Virus record (IMG/VR): IMGVR_UViG_3300032050_000004 | Coordinates: 158,070-222,069 of that record | DNA: 64,000 nt | Reading direction: 5' to 3' (one strand) | Part shown: positions 20,189-30,496 of the stretch, piece by piece | How positions within the stretch are numbered: position 1 is the first letter of the stretch | Layout of the letters: each line of letters starts with the position of its first letter | The notes under the pieces: model-generated | Seen by the model: only the letters and a program-made list of their open reading frames with translations | The model's database searches: none | What the model was told of the DNA's origin: nothing | Position numbers and translations under genes: made by a program

Positions 20189-21700
20189 ATGTTAAATAAA
20201 AACATCATAAAAGATGCATTAGCTGATGCTAAAGAAATAGAGAAGTTTGCTATTGAGCAAGCTAAAAAGTCTTTAGAAGAAGCATTGATGCCTCAAATAG
20301 AAAAGGCTATTCAAGAAAGCCTACAAGAAAATAAATCAGAACAATTTATTTCTGAAGAATCGGAAGTTAATAATATTAATGAAAATATTATAACATCTGA
20401 AAATTTAATTTCTGAAAATACAAATTCAAAAAATATACAAGAAATGTACAACGAAAAAGAAGAAACAAACGAAGAATTATATGAGGTTGAAGGTCTTTTT
20501 GAAGATGAAACTGCCCAAGAACCTGCTGAGGCTTCGTTAGAGTCTAAACTCGATGCTATGGCTGCAAAGCTTGATACATTAATAGCAGCTGCTCAAGGTA
20601 GCGAAGAAACTTCTGCCGAAGGTGAAGTTGAAGTTGTAGACGATGAAGCTGCTGCTCCCGCAGAAGCTCCTGCTGCTGCTCCAGCTGAAGCACCAGCTCC
20701 TGCAGAAGCTCCGGCTCCTGCTGCACCAGCACCAGCACCTGCTGAACAACCTACCGTTACAGAAGATACTATGTTCGAAATCGAAATGGAAGAAGATATG
20801 GAAGAAGGTCTTTTTGAAATGGAAGAAGATATGGAAGAGGGTGATAAAGTTTATGAAATAAATGTTGAGGAAGATATGGAAGAAGAAGGTTGGAATAAAG
20901 TTGAAGAAGATATGGAAGAAGGTATGTATGAAATCAATTTAGAAGAAGATATGGAAGAAGAAGGTATGTATGAAATTGAAATGGAAGAAGATATGGAAGA
21001 AGGAGAAGAAGGTGTTGATCCGAAAACAGGATTACCACTTCCTCCAAAAGAATTTGGTGGAATTAAAGGTGGAATGTTTGGAGAAGACATGGAAGAAGGA
21101 ATGTTTGAAATTGAAATGGAAGAAGACATGGAAGAAAATACCATGCAAAATTTAGTAAATACACATAGAGCAAAAGAAAGAGGTAAAAGACAACCGGGAT
21201 ATGTTTCTCCTGCATCTGTAGCTTCAATCAATGAATCTAAGAAAATAAAAGCTCAATATGAGTCTAAAGTAGACGAGCTTATAAAGGAAAACGCTAGTTT
21301 GAAAAACGTGATCAAAAATTACAAGTCGAATTTGAAAGAATTTGAAAATTCATTTGTAGAATTAAAATCACAACTTAATGAAATGCAGATTTTCAATGGA
21401 AAATTAGCTTATGCAAATAAGCTTTTGACCAAAGGAGGATTGACAAATGACGAGAAAATTAGAATAGCTGAGGAATTTGATAAGTGTGCAACTGTTGAAG
21501 ATGCAAAAAAACTTTACAACAAAATCATCAGTGAAAACACCTTCTCTTCAAAAAACAATTCTACGGATAAATTGAAATCTGTAAAGCCAAGCACGGCTGT
21601 TCAAAATCTTTCTGAAAATAAAACTGAAAAGTTATTTGAAAGTGAAGAGAGAAGAAGAATGAGAATGCTCGCTGGTATCGTAAAACCAATAAATGAATAA
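20189..21700 (+). CDS. Capsid scaffolding protein (T4 gp22-like position)
   Basis: Between protease and MCP; very acidic, coiled-coil, Ala/Pro linker, many [IL]xE sites; C-terminal RRMRMLAGI. Confidence 0.8.
   Translation: MLNKNIIKDALADAKEIEKFAIEQAKKSLEEALMPQIEKAIQESLQENKSEQFISEESEVNNINENIITSENLISENTNSKNIQEMYNEKEETNEELYEVEGLFEDETAQEPAEASLESKLDAMAAKLDTLIAAAQGSEETSAEGEVEVVDDEAAAPAEAPAAAPAEAPAPAEAPAPAAPAPAPAEQPTVTEDTMFEIEMEEDMEEGLFEMEEDMEEGDKVYEINVEEDMEEEGWNKVEEDMEEGMYEINLEEDMEEEGMYEIEMEEDMEEGEEGVDPKTGLPLPPKEFGGIKGGMFGEDMEEGMFEIEMEEDMEENTMQNLVNTHRAKERGKRQPGYVSPASVASINESKKIKAQYESKVDELIKENASLKNVIKNYKSNLKEFENSFVELKSQLNEMQIFNGKLAYANKLLTKGGLTNDEKIRIAEEFDKCATVEDAKKLYNKIISENTFSSKNNSTDKLKSVKPSTAVQNLSENKTEKLFESEERRRMRMLAGIVKPINE
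20771..21138 (+). repeat. EDMEE acidic peptide repeat (8 copies) in the scaffold
   Basis: Repeated (FEIEM)EEDMEEG units, gaagaagatatggaagaag at DNA level. Confidence 0.9.
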
Positions 21701-21716
21701 AAAAAAATAACGAAAA

Positions 21717-23336
21717 ATGTCTGAATTATTAAACAGCGGACAAGTTGGTATGACCGTATTACGCAACTTGTCTGAACAAAGAAAACAAATCGTTAAGAAC
21801 TGGGAAAACTCAGGTCTTCTCGAAGGTATTGCCGGTCAAAAAAAAGCTAACATCGCTCAATTGTTAGAGAACCAAGCATCTCACATGCTTAATGAGGTAA
21901 CTCTAGATAGTTCTGCAGGTCGTTTCGACACTGTTGCATTTCCGATGGTAAGACGTATCTTCTCAAGATTACTTGCTTCTGAAATCGTATCAGTTCAACC
22001 TCTTGCTTTACCTTCTGGTTTGTTATTCTATATGGACGCTCAAGTATCTTCTGATAAAGTAGCTCCTTATTCTATAGCAAATTCTGGTGGTGGTTCTGGT
22101 CCTACATTCCCTAACAAATCTGCTTACGAGCGTTTCTATGACAATCGTGGATATGATGCATCTTGGGGTGCTGCAACTCAGCGTGTAGGTTCTGCAATCA
22201 GCATCGGTTCTGGTTCTACTACAACTGGTTTGATTGCTACGGCTGTAACATTAAGCTCTAATTTTGATGTAACTCTTAATCAGTCTTACACTTCTTTAGT
22301 ACTTTCTGCTAATACAGCTATTGCTTACAACGGTGTGGCTTTATTTGCTGCAGGTCAAACAGGTGTTACATTCTACTCTAATTTACAGACTTATGGTGCT
22401 GAATTAGTACAGAGTAACACTCCGGGTAACGTGAACAACATCTATAACATTGTTATCGATTTACGTCCTGCTCCAACTTCTACTGCTGCTTATTCATGGG
22501 TACAATCTGGATTAACTGCAGGTGTTGGTGGTGTAGGTGCTGGTATCATCCTTACTCCGATGTTCTACACTTACAACACGATTGAGGCTAGTCCAAACAT
22601 GTCTGAATTAACTCTTCGTTTCTCTTCTGTAACTGTAAACTCAATTACAAGAAAAATGAGAGCACATTGGACACCTGAATTAGCTCAAGATTTAGAAGCA
22701 TACCACTCAATTGATGCTGAGGCTGAATTGACAGCTTTATTGTCAGAAGAAGTTGCTGCTGAAATCGATCGTGAAATCATCCGTGATCTTGTTATCGGTG
22801 CTATGTTCGAAGCTCGTTGGGATTACCAAGGCTTACGTGACAACGTAAACTTCTTCGGTACTCAGAAAGACTGGAACCAAACTCTTATCACTCGTATCAA
22901 CGAAATTTCTGCCCAGATCCACAAAGCTACCCTTCGTGGTGGTGCTAACTGGGTTATCTGTTCTGCAGAAGCTGGTGCGATCTTCGATGATCTTGAGTAC
23001 TTCCATGTAGATTCTTCTGCATCACCTGAGACTGAAAAGTATAACTTAGGTATGGAAAAAATCGGTAACTTAGGTAACCGTTATGTAGTGTACAAAGATC
23101 CTTACATGCCTGCTAACATCGTGTTGGTTGGACACAAAGGTAATACCTTCCTTGAGGCTGGTTACGTGTACGCTCCTTACATTCCTCTTCAATTAACTCA
23201 GACGATCTACGATCCGAATGACTTTACACCTCGTAAAGGTATCATGACTCGTTATGCGAAGAAGATGATCAACAACCGTTTCTATGGTGTGATCTACCTT
23301 GACAATCTTAACACTTATACTCAGGTATATAGCTAA
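21717..23336 (+). CDS. Major capsid protein (T4 gp23-like)
   Basis: NIAQLLENQA, FPMVRRIF, VSVQP, RKMRAHWTPELAQDLEAYHSIDAEAELT, YAPYIPL, PRKGIMTRYA; strong high-expression codon bias. Confidence 0.97.
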   Translation: MSELLNSGQVGMTVLRNLSEQRKQIVKNWENSGLLEGIAGQKKANIAQLLENQASHMLNEVTLDSSAGRFDTVAFPMVRRIFSRLLASEIVSVQPLALPSGLLFYMDAQVSSDKVAPYSIANSGGGSGPTFPNKSAYERFYDNRGYDASWGAATQRVGSAISIGSGSTTTGLIATAVTLSSNFDVTLNQSYTSLVLSANTAIAYNGVALFAAGQTGVTFYSNLQTYGAELVQSNTPGNVNNIYNIVIDLRPAPTSTAAYSWVQSGLTAGVGGVGAGIILTPMFYTYNTIEASPNMSELTLRFSSVTVNSITRKMRAHWTPELAQDLEAYHSIDAEAELTALLSEEVAAEIDREIIRDLVIGAMFEARWDYQGLRDNVNFFGTQKDWNQTLITRINEISAQIHKATLRGGANWVICSAEAGAIFDDLEYFHVDSSASPETEKYNLGMEKIGNLGNRYVVYKDPYMPANIVLVGHKGNTFLEAGYVYAPYIPLQLTQTIYDPNDFTPRKGIMTRYAKKMINNRFYGVIYLDNLNTYTQVYS

Positions 23337-23357
23337 TCTTAAGATTGGTAATAATAG

Positions 23358-23390
23358 AAAAGGGCGAGATTATTCTCGCCTTTTTCTTTT
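23358..23390 (+). terminator. Intrinsic terminator after MCP
   Basis: GGCGAGA-TTAT-TCTCGCC hairpin followed by a T run. Confidence 0.85.
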
Positions 23391-23406
23391 TATTTAATAT
23401 TTATAT

Positions 23407-24159
23407 ATGATGGCTTCGAATAATTTAAATAAAACAATAAAGTATTTAAAAAATAAGAAAAAAATACTTTTTTTAACCACATCGAATAGATGGGTGGACA
23501 GTCAAGAAATACCTAAATCAAGTCAATTAGCAAATCATATTGCTGAAAAAGTAGGTATGGATAAAGTAACTATTATCGATATCACAAAATTAAAGATTTA
23601 TCCTTGTGAGGGAAATGTATCTAGTGTTACAGGGAATGGTTGTGGAGCAAAAGATTCAGCTTTGAAAGATGAAAAAAAGAATCCTAGTGGCAATCATAGA
23701 TGTTGGGCAAGTATTAATAATCCTGATGATGAATTATGGAAAGTTTCTAAAAATCTTTTTGAGTCAGATGTAGTTGTTTTTTTCTCTTCCTCAAGGTGGG
23801 GTCAAACAAATGCTTATTATCAAAAATTAATTGAAAGACTTACTTGGATAGAAAATATTCACGCTGCTTTTGAAGAAAAGAATTTAGTTGAAAATATTGA
23901 AGCTGGTTTTATAACTGTAGGTCATAATTGGAGAGCAAAAGAGATTATAGAAGTTCAAAAAGATGTTTTAAAATTTTTTGGCTTTAAAACACCAAATGAA
24001 CTTTTTTGGGGTTATCAATATACAATGGATGCTAATGATGAAACAGCCGAGTCTTACAGAAAAACTATTCCAGCTTTCGAAAAATTATATGGTTTTATTC
24101 TTAATAAAACTGCCATACACGAAATAAAATTATCTATAAAGAAATTACTAAAATTTTAA
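23407..24159 (+). CDS. Flavodoxin-like / NADPH-dependent FMN reductase (iron-sulfur flavoprotein-like)
   Basis: LFLTTSNR, IYPCEGNVS...CG...C, DDELWKV...SDVVVFFSSSRWG, QKLIERL. Confidence 0.7.
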   Translation: MMASNNLNKTIKYLKNKKKILFLTTSNRWVDSQEIPKSSQLANHIAEKVGMDKVTIIDITKLKIYPCEGNVSSVTGNGCGAKDSALKDEKKNPSGNHRCWASINNPDDELWKVSKNLFESDVVVFFSSSRWGQTNAYYQKLIERLTWIENIHAAFEEKNLVENIEAGFITVGHNWRAKEIIEVQKDVLKFFGFKTPNELFWGYQYTMDANDETAESYRKTIPAFEKLYGFILNKTAIHEIKLSIKKLLKF

Positions 24160-24164
24160 TTGCA

Positions 24165-25166
24165 ATGGACAGAATTAATTTAAAGGAATTAGATTTTTTA
24201 ATTAAAAATCATTTAGACCAACTAAATGAAGCTTTAATTGCTGGTGAAAATATTGATTCTGGGGATTTTATCGTAAAAAACTCAGAAAAAGATAAATTAA
24301 CTGGTGAATTATCTAATGATCTTAAATACCTTTTTAAAATAACAGAATTTACAAAGTCTGGAAAAGCTTTAGTTATTAAACCGGATCAATTACAGAAATG
24401 GAGAAATTCAACTAATGTGGATAGATCTTTAATGTCTAAAGAAGTAAATCTTAATGATTATGATGTTGTAAATGTAGAAGATGAATATTTAAATTTTCCA
24501 GAATCATTACTAGATGAAGGAAAGGTAAAATCTTCCAAAACTAAATCAGGAAGAAAAGTACCCGGAAAATATCTTACAAAAGATAAAGCTGCAATGAAAG
24601 GTGAAATTGAAAGAGTTTCTAAATTAAAATCTGATGACCCTTCTGCATATGGAAAATGGGAAGCAGATTATAAAGCAAGAAATACAAAATCAGGCAAACC
24701 TCATAAAACAAAAAAAAGTGCTGCTACTATAGCTTATGAGAAAAAGTTTGGTAAAAAAAATGAAAACATAGATATGAAAAACGAATTAATAACTGAAGAT
24801 ATTGACAAAGCTTTGGCAAATAAAGCAAAAGCATCAGGAATCTCTAAGTCTATTTTAAAAAGAGTATATTCGAAAGGAGCAGCTGCTTGGAAAAGTGGAC
24901 ATCGTCCCGGTGTTTCTCAACAACAATGGGCTATGGGTCGCGTAAATTCATTTATCACTGGAAGTGGTGGTGCAAGAAAAGCTGATGCAGACCTTTGGGC
25001 AAAAGCCAAAAAATCCAAGAAAAGAAAAAATGAGAATCTTGAAGAGGAATTGTTAAGAAGAAAAATACGAGAAATTATAAGCGAAGAATATTTCACCAAA
25101 GAAGAATTGGATGAATTATATCCTATGTTAGTAGGTGAGGACGAAATTAATAATGAAGAGGAATAA
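24165..25166 (+). CDS. Basic phage protein with DUF5824-like C-terminal domain; putative head protein
   Basis: KAKASGISKSILKRVYSKGAAAWKSGHRPGVSQQQWAMGRVNSF; LNE, ITE and ISE sites. Confidence 0.6.
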   Translation: MDRINLKELDFLIKNHLDQLNEALIAGENIDSGDFIVKNSEKDKLTGELSNDLKYLFKITEFTKSGKALVIKPDQLQKWRNSTNVDRSLMSKEVNLNDYDVVNVEDEYLNFPESLLDEGKVKSSKTKSGRKVPGKYLTKDKAAMKGEIERVSKLKSDDPSAYGKWEADYKARNTKSGKPHKTKKSAATIAYEKKFGKKNENIDMKNELITEDIDKALANKAKASGISKSILKRVYSKGAAAWKSGHRPGVSQQQWAMGRVNSFITGSGGARKADADLWAKAKKSKKRKNENLEEELLRRKIREIISEEYFTKEELDELYPMLVGEDEINNEEE

Positions 25167-25202
25167 TAAAATATTCTTTATTATTATTACGATATTCTCT
25201 TA

Positions 25203-25565
25203 TTAAATTGGTACTCCAATTTTTCTAAATGACTCTACAAAATCTTCTGAAAGTTCTATCTCAATATCGTTTATGACCTGATTTAACCAAAATTCAATAC
25301 TTTCTTTAATTGTATTTTTTATCTCAGAAAGTATTATGTTATCAGTTTTTGATAAATTATTCCAAGGTATTGAACCATATGGTGTTATTACATAAACGTC
25401 AGAATAATCTCCAACTAAAGAGCTAGGATATGTTCCACCATGTAATCTACCTTCTCCTGTAGATCCCTCCATTGCATCCCTAGCTATTCGAGCGAATATA
25501 GCAGATAATAATTCTATTTTCTTTTTTTCAGAAATATCTGATTTTTTAAATCTATTTTTTTTCAT
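25203..25565 (-). CDS. Hypothetical protein
   Basis: 120-aa ORF. Confidence 0.6.
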   Translation of the reverse strand: MKKNRFKKSDISEKKKIELLSAIFARIARDAMEGSTGEGRLHGGTYPSSLVGDYSDVYVITPYGSIPWNNLSKTDNIILSEIKNTIKESIEFWLNQVINDIEIELSEDFVESFRKIGVPI

Positions 25566-25575
25566 AATAAATAAA

Positions 25576-25971
25576 TTATTTAATTGCTAGACACATTGTT
25601 AAACCTTCTCTTTTTACTGAAACAAATAAATTTTTATTTATTCCATTGACACTAGTCAACACAAGTCCTGTTGCTAGTATTGTCATGACTCCACCAATAC
25701 CGTATATAGTAGTGTTATTCATATAATACTCGTGTTTTACAGCTTGTTGACCTATAACAAGACCACCTACCAATAATCCAGTATACATCATCGTTTTAGC
25801 GAAACGATTATTCTTTTTTTCTTTATACCTTCCTGACTTATATTCATCTTCATAAAGCTGAAGTGAATTCAAATCATTTTTACTTAGGTTATAAGTAGAC
25901 ATCAAATCTTGTGCTCTCGTTTCTGACTTTGTAATAACAATAATCAGTAGAATAAATAATATCTTTTTCAT
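25576..25971 (-). CDS. Exported membrane protein
   Basis: Signal peptide ending TRA-Q plus two hydrophobic segments. Confidence 0.65.
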   Translation of the reverse strand: MKKILFILLIIVITKSETRAQDLMSTYNLSKNDLNSLQLYEDEYKSGRYKEKKNNRFAKTMMYTGLLVGGLVIGQQAVKHEYYMNNTTIYGIGGVMTILATGLVLTSVNGINKNLFVSVKREGLTMCLAIK

Positions 25972-25977
25972 GATATG

Positions 25978-26388
25978 TTATTTTACAATTTTTAAATTAT
26001 CAAGAACTATTTTTGCAGAATCATTTTCAACTACAGTCTTCATACGAACAACCTTATTTGTTGCCATAATATTAGCATTGTATGAAAGGATATAATACTT
26101 ACCATCCGTAGTCTTATTTATAATTTTTATTTTATATCCAAAATCACAGTTCTGGTAGTAATCTAAAATATTATCTTTTCCATATTTTTTAATAGATTCC
26201 TGAGAAGTAAATTTTAACATTTCATCATACCTACCAAGTCTGTATAATGTCTGGAAAAACTGTCCAAAATTAGTTCCCATCATAAATGAGGGGTTGGAAA
26301 ATGGTTTATTAGAATCAACTGAACTTTGAGCGTTTGTTTGAGTCGATCCGACAAAAATTATGAACAATATAATAATAGTGCGTTTCAT
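25978..26388 (-). CDS. Exported protein
   Basis: Signal peptide ending TNA-Q. Confidence 0.65.
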   Translation of the reverse strand: MKRTIIILFIIFVGSTQTNAQSSVDSNKPFSNPSFMMGTNFGQFFQTLYRLGRYDEMLKFTSQESIKKYGKDNILDYYQNCDFGYKIKIINKTTDGKYYILSYNANIMATNKVVRMKTVVENDSAKIVLDNLKIVK

Positions 26389-26468
26389 CGTTTTTTCTAA
26401 TTTAAACGCACTTTTTAAACGGAAAGTTACATATTTTTATGTATTTTATTGATTATCAATAAGTTACA

Positions 26469-26660
26469 CTATTCTTCATTTTTAAAAAATTCCCTAATTA
26501 ATAGAAAAATAAGACCAAAAATTGCAATAATATTAATAGAAGCTATTAAATAAAGGATCCATTTATAAGTAAAAATTAAGTATAGGAAAAGAAACATCAA
26601 AAATATAGCAAATATATAACTTGCTAATTGGGCAATTTTGTCCTCTAAGAGCATTTTCAT
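26469..26660 (-). CDS. Small two-TM membrane protein
   Basis: 63 aa, two hydrophobic stretches. Confidence 0.55.
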   Translation of the reverse strand: MKMLLEDKIAQLASYIFAIFLMFLFLYLIFTYKWILYLIASINIIAIFGLIFLLIREFFKNEE

Positions 26661-27445
26661 TTAAACTGGAATTGAACTATCTTCAAATCTACGAAAGAAT
26701 CCCGATTTTTCAAATTTTGTCTAATTTCTATTCCACCAATATTCATATTAAATTTCTTACTATTGAATACTATCGGCTCTAAACCAGCTTTTGCAACAAT
26801 TCCACCGTTGATTAAATCATAGTTTGCTCCAACATAAGGTTTATAATTAAACTCCCATTTTTTCGCTTTACCCGGTAAAACATAAGTCAAAGATTTATTA
26901 ATTTTTAAACTATCTCCGGTTGTTCTATTATAGGCAGTAACAAAGACTTGAACTTTAGTATTATCTTTTGGATCAGGATTAGCTTGTACAGTGGTTAATT
27001 CTATTTCCTGTGGAACAACAATTAAAAGCGATGAATCACCGTTCAAAGGTACAACCTTAGCAGTTTTAGTGATAATCCCATCCTGATTCAAAAATAAAGC
27101 ACTATCACCCTCGATAACAAAACTACTTTTAGTTATAGTAGTTGTAGAGTTCTCTATTTTAAGGTTTTTCATTTCACCCCTAACAGCTTGGGGAATCATG
27201 TTCTTAATATCATTAAATTGTTTATTTAATGCAGTATTAAATACTTTATCAAATAGTCCCGGTTGAGCAACTACCTGTACCTCAGATTTTGCACTAACAC
27301 TATCAGATAATGTTTTAAATTGATTATCTACATCGCTATTCAAATTAGTAACTTGATCTTGCATTTTTGACATTTTCCAATTAAAGAAAAATACCACTCC
27401 AGCCATCAATAGCCCAAAAAATACATAGTCTTTTATTTTGCTCAT
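26657..27445 (-). CDS. N-terminally anchored membrane protein with beta-rich C-terminus
   Basis: TM at the N-terminus, short coiled coil, ends QFQFK; TATTTAT at 27465-27471 on the minus strand. Confidence 0.65.
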   Translation of the reverse strand: MSKIKDYVFFGLLMAGVVFFFNWKMSKMQDQVTNLNSDVDNQFKTLSDSVSAKSEVQVVAQPGLFDKVFNTALNKQFNDIKNMIPQAVRGEMKNLKIENSTTTITKSSFVIEGDSALFLNQDGIITKTAKVVPLNGDSSLLIVVPQEIELTTVQANPDPKDNTKVQVFVTAYNRTTGDSLKINKSLTYVLPGKAKKWEFNYKPYVGANYDLINGGIVAKAGLEPIVFNSKKFNMNIGGIEIRQNLKNRDSFVDLKIVQFQFK

Positions 27446-27518
27446 TTTATTAAATTATATACTAATAAATAATTTGTTTTTTTAATTTTAATAAATTATA
27501 GATTATTTATATTTAACC

Positions 27519-28691
27519 ATGGAAATAAGAGAATTAATAAAAAAAGTAATTAAAGAGTCTTTTTTAACAGAAAATGAAGTTAAAAGAATAGATTTTAGCT
27601 ACCCTTTACCTGATGATTTAAATAAATTGAAGAATTATTTCGATGAGAATAATTTTGAACTTTTTGTAGTAGGTGGAGCCGTGCGTGATATGATCTTAGG
27701 TAAGGAACCTAAAGACATAGATTTAGTATCTGATGCTACTCCTGATGACGTAAAAAGGATTTTACCAGATGAATATAGAATAATTCCCAAAGGAGAAGCT
27801 TTTGGTATCCTTCAAATAATTACTCCAGAAGGTGGTGATTACGAGATTGCTCGTTATCGTGAGGATATTGGAAAAAAAGATGGAAGAAGACCAGATTCGG
27901 TCAAATTTTCTACTATTGATTCAGATGCTTTAAGAAGGGATTTAACAATTAATGCTCTATATTACGATATAAATAAAAATCAAATTATAGATTTTGTTAA
28001 TGGTTATGAAGATATTCTCAAAAGAAATATTAAAACTGTTGGTAAAGCAGAAGATAGATTTGAAGAGGATCGATTAAGAATATTGAGAGCATTTAGATTT
28101 GCAGCTAGATTTAATTCAAACTTAGATCAGGATATAATAGAGGCTTTAAGAAAAAATAATTCTCTAAAAGGGGTATCTGAAGAGAGAATTAGAGATGAAT
28201 TCCTTAAAGGTATAAAAAGTGCTCAATCTGTTGTAAAATTCCTTACCGATTTAGAAAATTATGGATTACTAAAACAAATTTTAGATGATTTGAATTATAG
28301 TCAATCTGAATTCGTAGAATCAAAAGATTATATCGTGTTATTGGCTAATTTACTTAAAAATAATCCAGTTCATAAAATTCAAACTATTCTTAATAATCTT
28401 AAATATACAACTGATGAAATAAGAAAAATTATTTTCCTTGTTTTGTTTTTAAATTTCGATCCTGAATCTGTATATAATTTTAAAGTAAAAGAAAATGTTT
28501 CGAAAATATCTCCAGAAGAATTAAAGGAATTTGCCAGAATAAATTCTATAAATTCAAATATGGTAGATAAATTCATAGATTTTAAATTATCTGTTTCAGG
28601 GGATGAACTTTTACAGAAGGGATTCAAGGGAGCATCATTAGGAAAAGAAAAAGAAAGATTAGAGACTGTTAACTTCCTTGATACTCTTTAG
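27519..28691 (+). CDS. cca: tRNA nucleotidyltransferase (class II CCA-adding enzyme / polyA-polymerase family) with N-terminal extension
   Basis: VGGAVRD...KDIDL, GRRPD loop, RRDLTINA, EDRLRILRAFRF. Confidence 0.9.
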   Translation: MEIRELIKKVIKESFLTENEVKRIDFSYPLPDDLNKLKNYFDENNFELFVVGGAVRDMILGKEPKDIDLVSDATPDDVKRILPDEYRIIPKGEAFGILQIITPEGGDYEIARYREDIGKKDGRRPDSVKFSTIDSDALRRDLTINALYYDINKNQIIDFVNGYEDILKRNIKTVGKAEDRFEEDRLRILRAFRFAARFNSNLDQDIIEALRKNNSLKGVSEERIRDEFLKGIKSAQSVVKFLTDLENYGLLKQILDDLNYSQSEFVESKDYIVLLANLLKNNPVHKIQTILNNLKYTTDEIRKIIFLVLFLNFDPESVYNFKVKENVSKISPEELKEFARINSINSNMVDKFIDFKLSVSGDELLQKGFKGASLGKEKERLETVNFLDTL

Positions 28692-28712
28692 TTTTTTCGA
28701 CTATTTATTTAC

Positions 28713-29729
28713 ATGAAAAAGGATAAAATTCCCGGAGGCAAAGCAAAAGGCAAATCTTTAAAAGATATTGCGATTATGCACTGTAAATCTGATTCAAAAA
28801 ACAAATCAGATGAAAGAAAAATTGAAAAAATGTTAGACCATTTAAAGTTGGAATTAAAAAAAGGGATTAAAACTGAATTGGAACATACAACCAGTGAAGA
28901 ATTTGCCAAAGAAATAGCTATGGATCATTTATATGAAGATCCAAAATATTATACAAAACTTTTAAAAATTGAAGAAATGAAAAAAACAAAAAAAATAAAC
29001 ATCAACGATATATCTGAAATGGTTAAGAAAGCTCTTAATGAAGAATTTGTTGGTGGTGTAAATTATGATAATGTTTTAGCAACTGAACTAAAAGAAAAAG
29101 TTGGTGATTTAAGCAAATTAACTCCTTATGTTTTAGAACTAGGTAATGAAATTCAATCAGATTCATCTGGTAAAATTCATGTTTATGATGAGGGAAAAAA
29201 AGTTAAGATATTCAACAATATTGATGACTTTTTAAAAGGTATCAAATACGGTCCTGTTAGAATTACCGAAGAAGATTCTTCAATGCCACATAAAGATCAT
29301 GAAGCTATGATGGCAAAAGGAGAAATCAGAGATATGGTTAAAAATGCAAAAGAAGTTTATAAAATGATTCAACCCGGTGATGAACTTCCCGGATGGATTT
29401 CTGCTTATATTACTTTAGCTTCAGATTATATGCATAGCATCGCTGAATACATGACTGAAAAACATAGTGGTGGTGAAGAACTAACTGAAGATACAGAAGA
29501 TGCACCAAAGAAATTAACAATGGATCAATTTTGTGAATGGTTAGGTTTGCCAACAGATAAAGTTCAATTAGGAATTGAAATTGCAAAGGTTTCAGACCCG
29601 GATGGAGCATACACTCACTTACAGGATATGGGTGAAGATGAAGCAGCGGAAGCAATAGAAGCCATATATTTTGAACATGGTTCTCTTAAAGAAGCAATTG
29701 CTGCTTGTAAAGAAGATTTAGGCATTTAA
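28713..29729 (+). CDS. Multi-module phage protein with DUF5661-like domain; putative head protein
   Basis: KGIKTELEHT...EIAMDHLYEDPKYYTKL; HEAMMAKGEI...LPGWISAYITLASDYM; KKALNE site. Confidence 0.65.
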   Translation: MKKDKIPGGKAKGKSLKDIAIMHCKSDSKNKSDERKIEKMLDHLKLELKKGIKTELEHTTSEEFAKEIAMDHLYEDPKYYTKLLKIEEMKKTKKININDISEMVKKALNEEFVGGVNYDNVLATELKEKVGDLSKLTPYVLELGNEIQSDSSGKIHVYDEGKKVKIFNNIDDFLKGIKYGPVRITEEDSSMPHKDHEAMMAKGEIRDMVKNAKEVYKMIQPGDELPGWISAYITLASDYMHSIAEYMTEKHSGGEELTEDTEDAPKKLTMDQFCEWLGLPTDKVQLGIEIAKVSDPDGAYTHLQDMGEDEAAEAIEAIYFEHGSLKEAIAACKEDLGI

Positions 29730-29749
29730 ATAAATTTATTTTTTTACAT

Positions 29750-29782
29750 AACCATAGTTTTTTATTAAACTATGGTTTTTTT
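29750..29782 (+). terminator. Intrinsic terminator
   Basis: AACCATAGTTT/AAACTATGGTT hairpin followed by a T run. Confidence 0.75.
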
Positions 29783-29806
29783 TATTTAAATAATATCTTT
29801 ATATTA

Positions 29807-30496
29807 ATGAAAAAGGACATAATTATTTTTCACCACAGTTATTTAGTAAATAATTGGTTAGAAATTATGAGTGAACAACTAGACCTTTTAAAGAAAAGCG
29901 AACTTTATGAAAATGCTCAACAAATACATTTTTGTTGTTTTTCTGAAATAAAAGAAAATATTATTGATTTTGTTAAATTGATCCAAGAATTTGATTTAGA
30001 TGAAAAATGTACAATTGTAGTTGAACCTTATAATGATAATGAAAGATTAACTCTTACATATATGCAAACAATTTGTAAGAATTTATCTGATGAAAAAGTT
30101 CTTTATTTTCACACAAAAGGTGTTACATCATACTTAAGATACGGAGAATCTGGAGATAGAAATATAAAATCTTGGCGAAATATAATGGAATTTTATTTAA
30201 TTGAAAATTGGAGGAAATGTTTTGAATTGATGAATAATCATGATGTGGTAGGAGCATTTTATGGCCCATGGCATCAATTAACAGGACAGATCATTAATTA
30301 TTATTCAGGTAACTTTTGGTGGTCCAAGGTATCTCACATAAAAAACACTCCCGATATGAAGAAGAGAGATAATTGGTTAGGTTGTGAATCTTTGATCACC
30401 TCAATACCTCATGTTTGGTATAATTTCAGATTTGCCCCCCCTAATTCAAGTATGTATGATGTTTATTTCGACCCAAATGAATATAGATTGAATTAA
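29807..30496 (+). CDS. Putative glycosyltransferase-like protein
   Basis: VLYFHTKGV, WRNIMEFY and YSGNFWW motifs seen in viral glycosyltransferase-like proteins. Confidence 0.5.
   Translation: MKKDIIIFHHSYLVNNWLEIMSEQLDLLKKSELYENAQQIHFCCFSEIKENIIDFVKLIQEFDLDEKCTIVVEPYNDNERLTLTYMQTICKNLSDEKVLYFHTKGVTSYLRYGESGDRNIKSWRNIMEFYLIENWRKCFELMNNHDVVGAFYGPWHQLTGQIINYYSGNFWWSKVSHIKNTPDMKKRDNWLGCESLITSIPHVWYNFRFAPPNSSMYDVYFDPNEYRLN

Noticed and set aside
20556-21231. Short ORFs overlapping the scaffold gene
   Set aside because: Shadows of the Ala/Pro and EDMEE repeats
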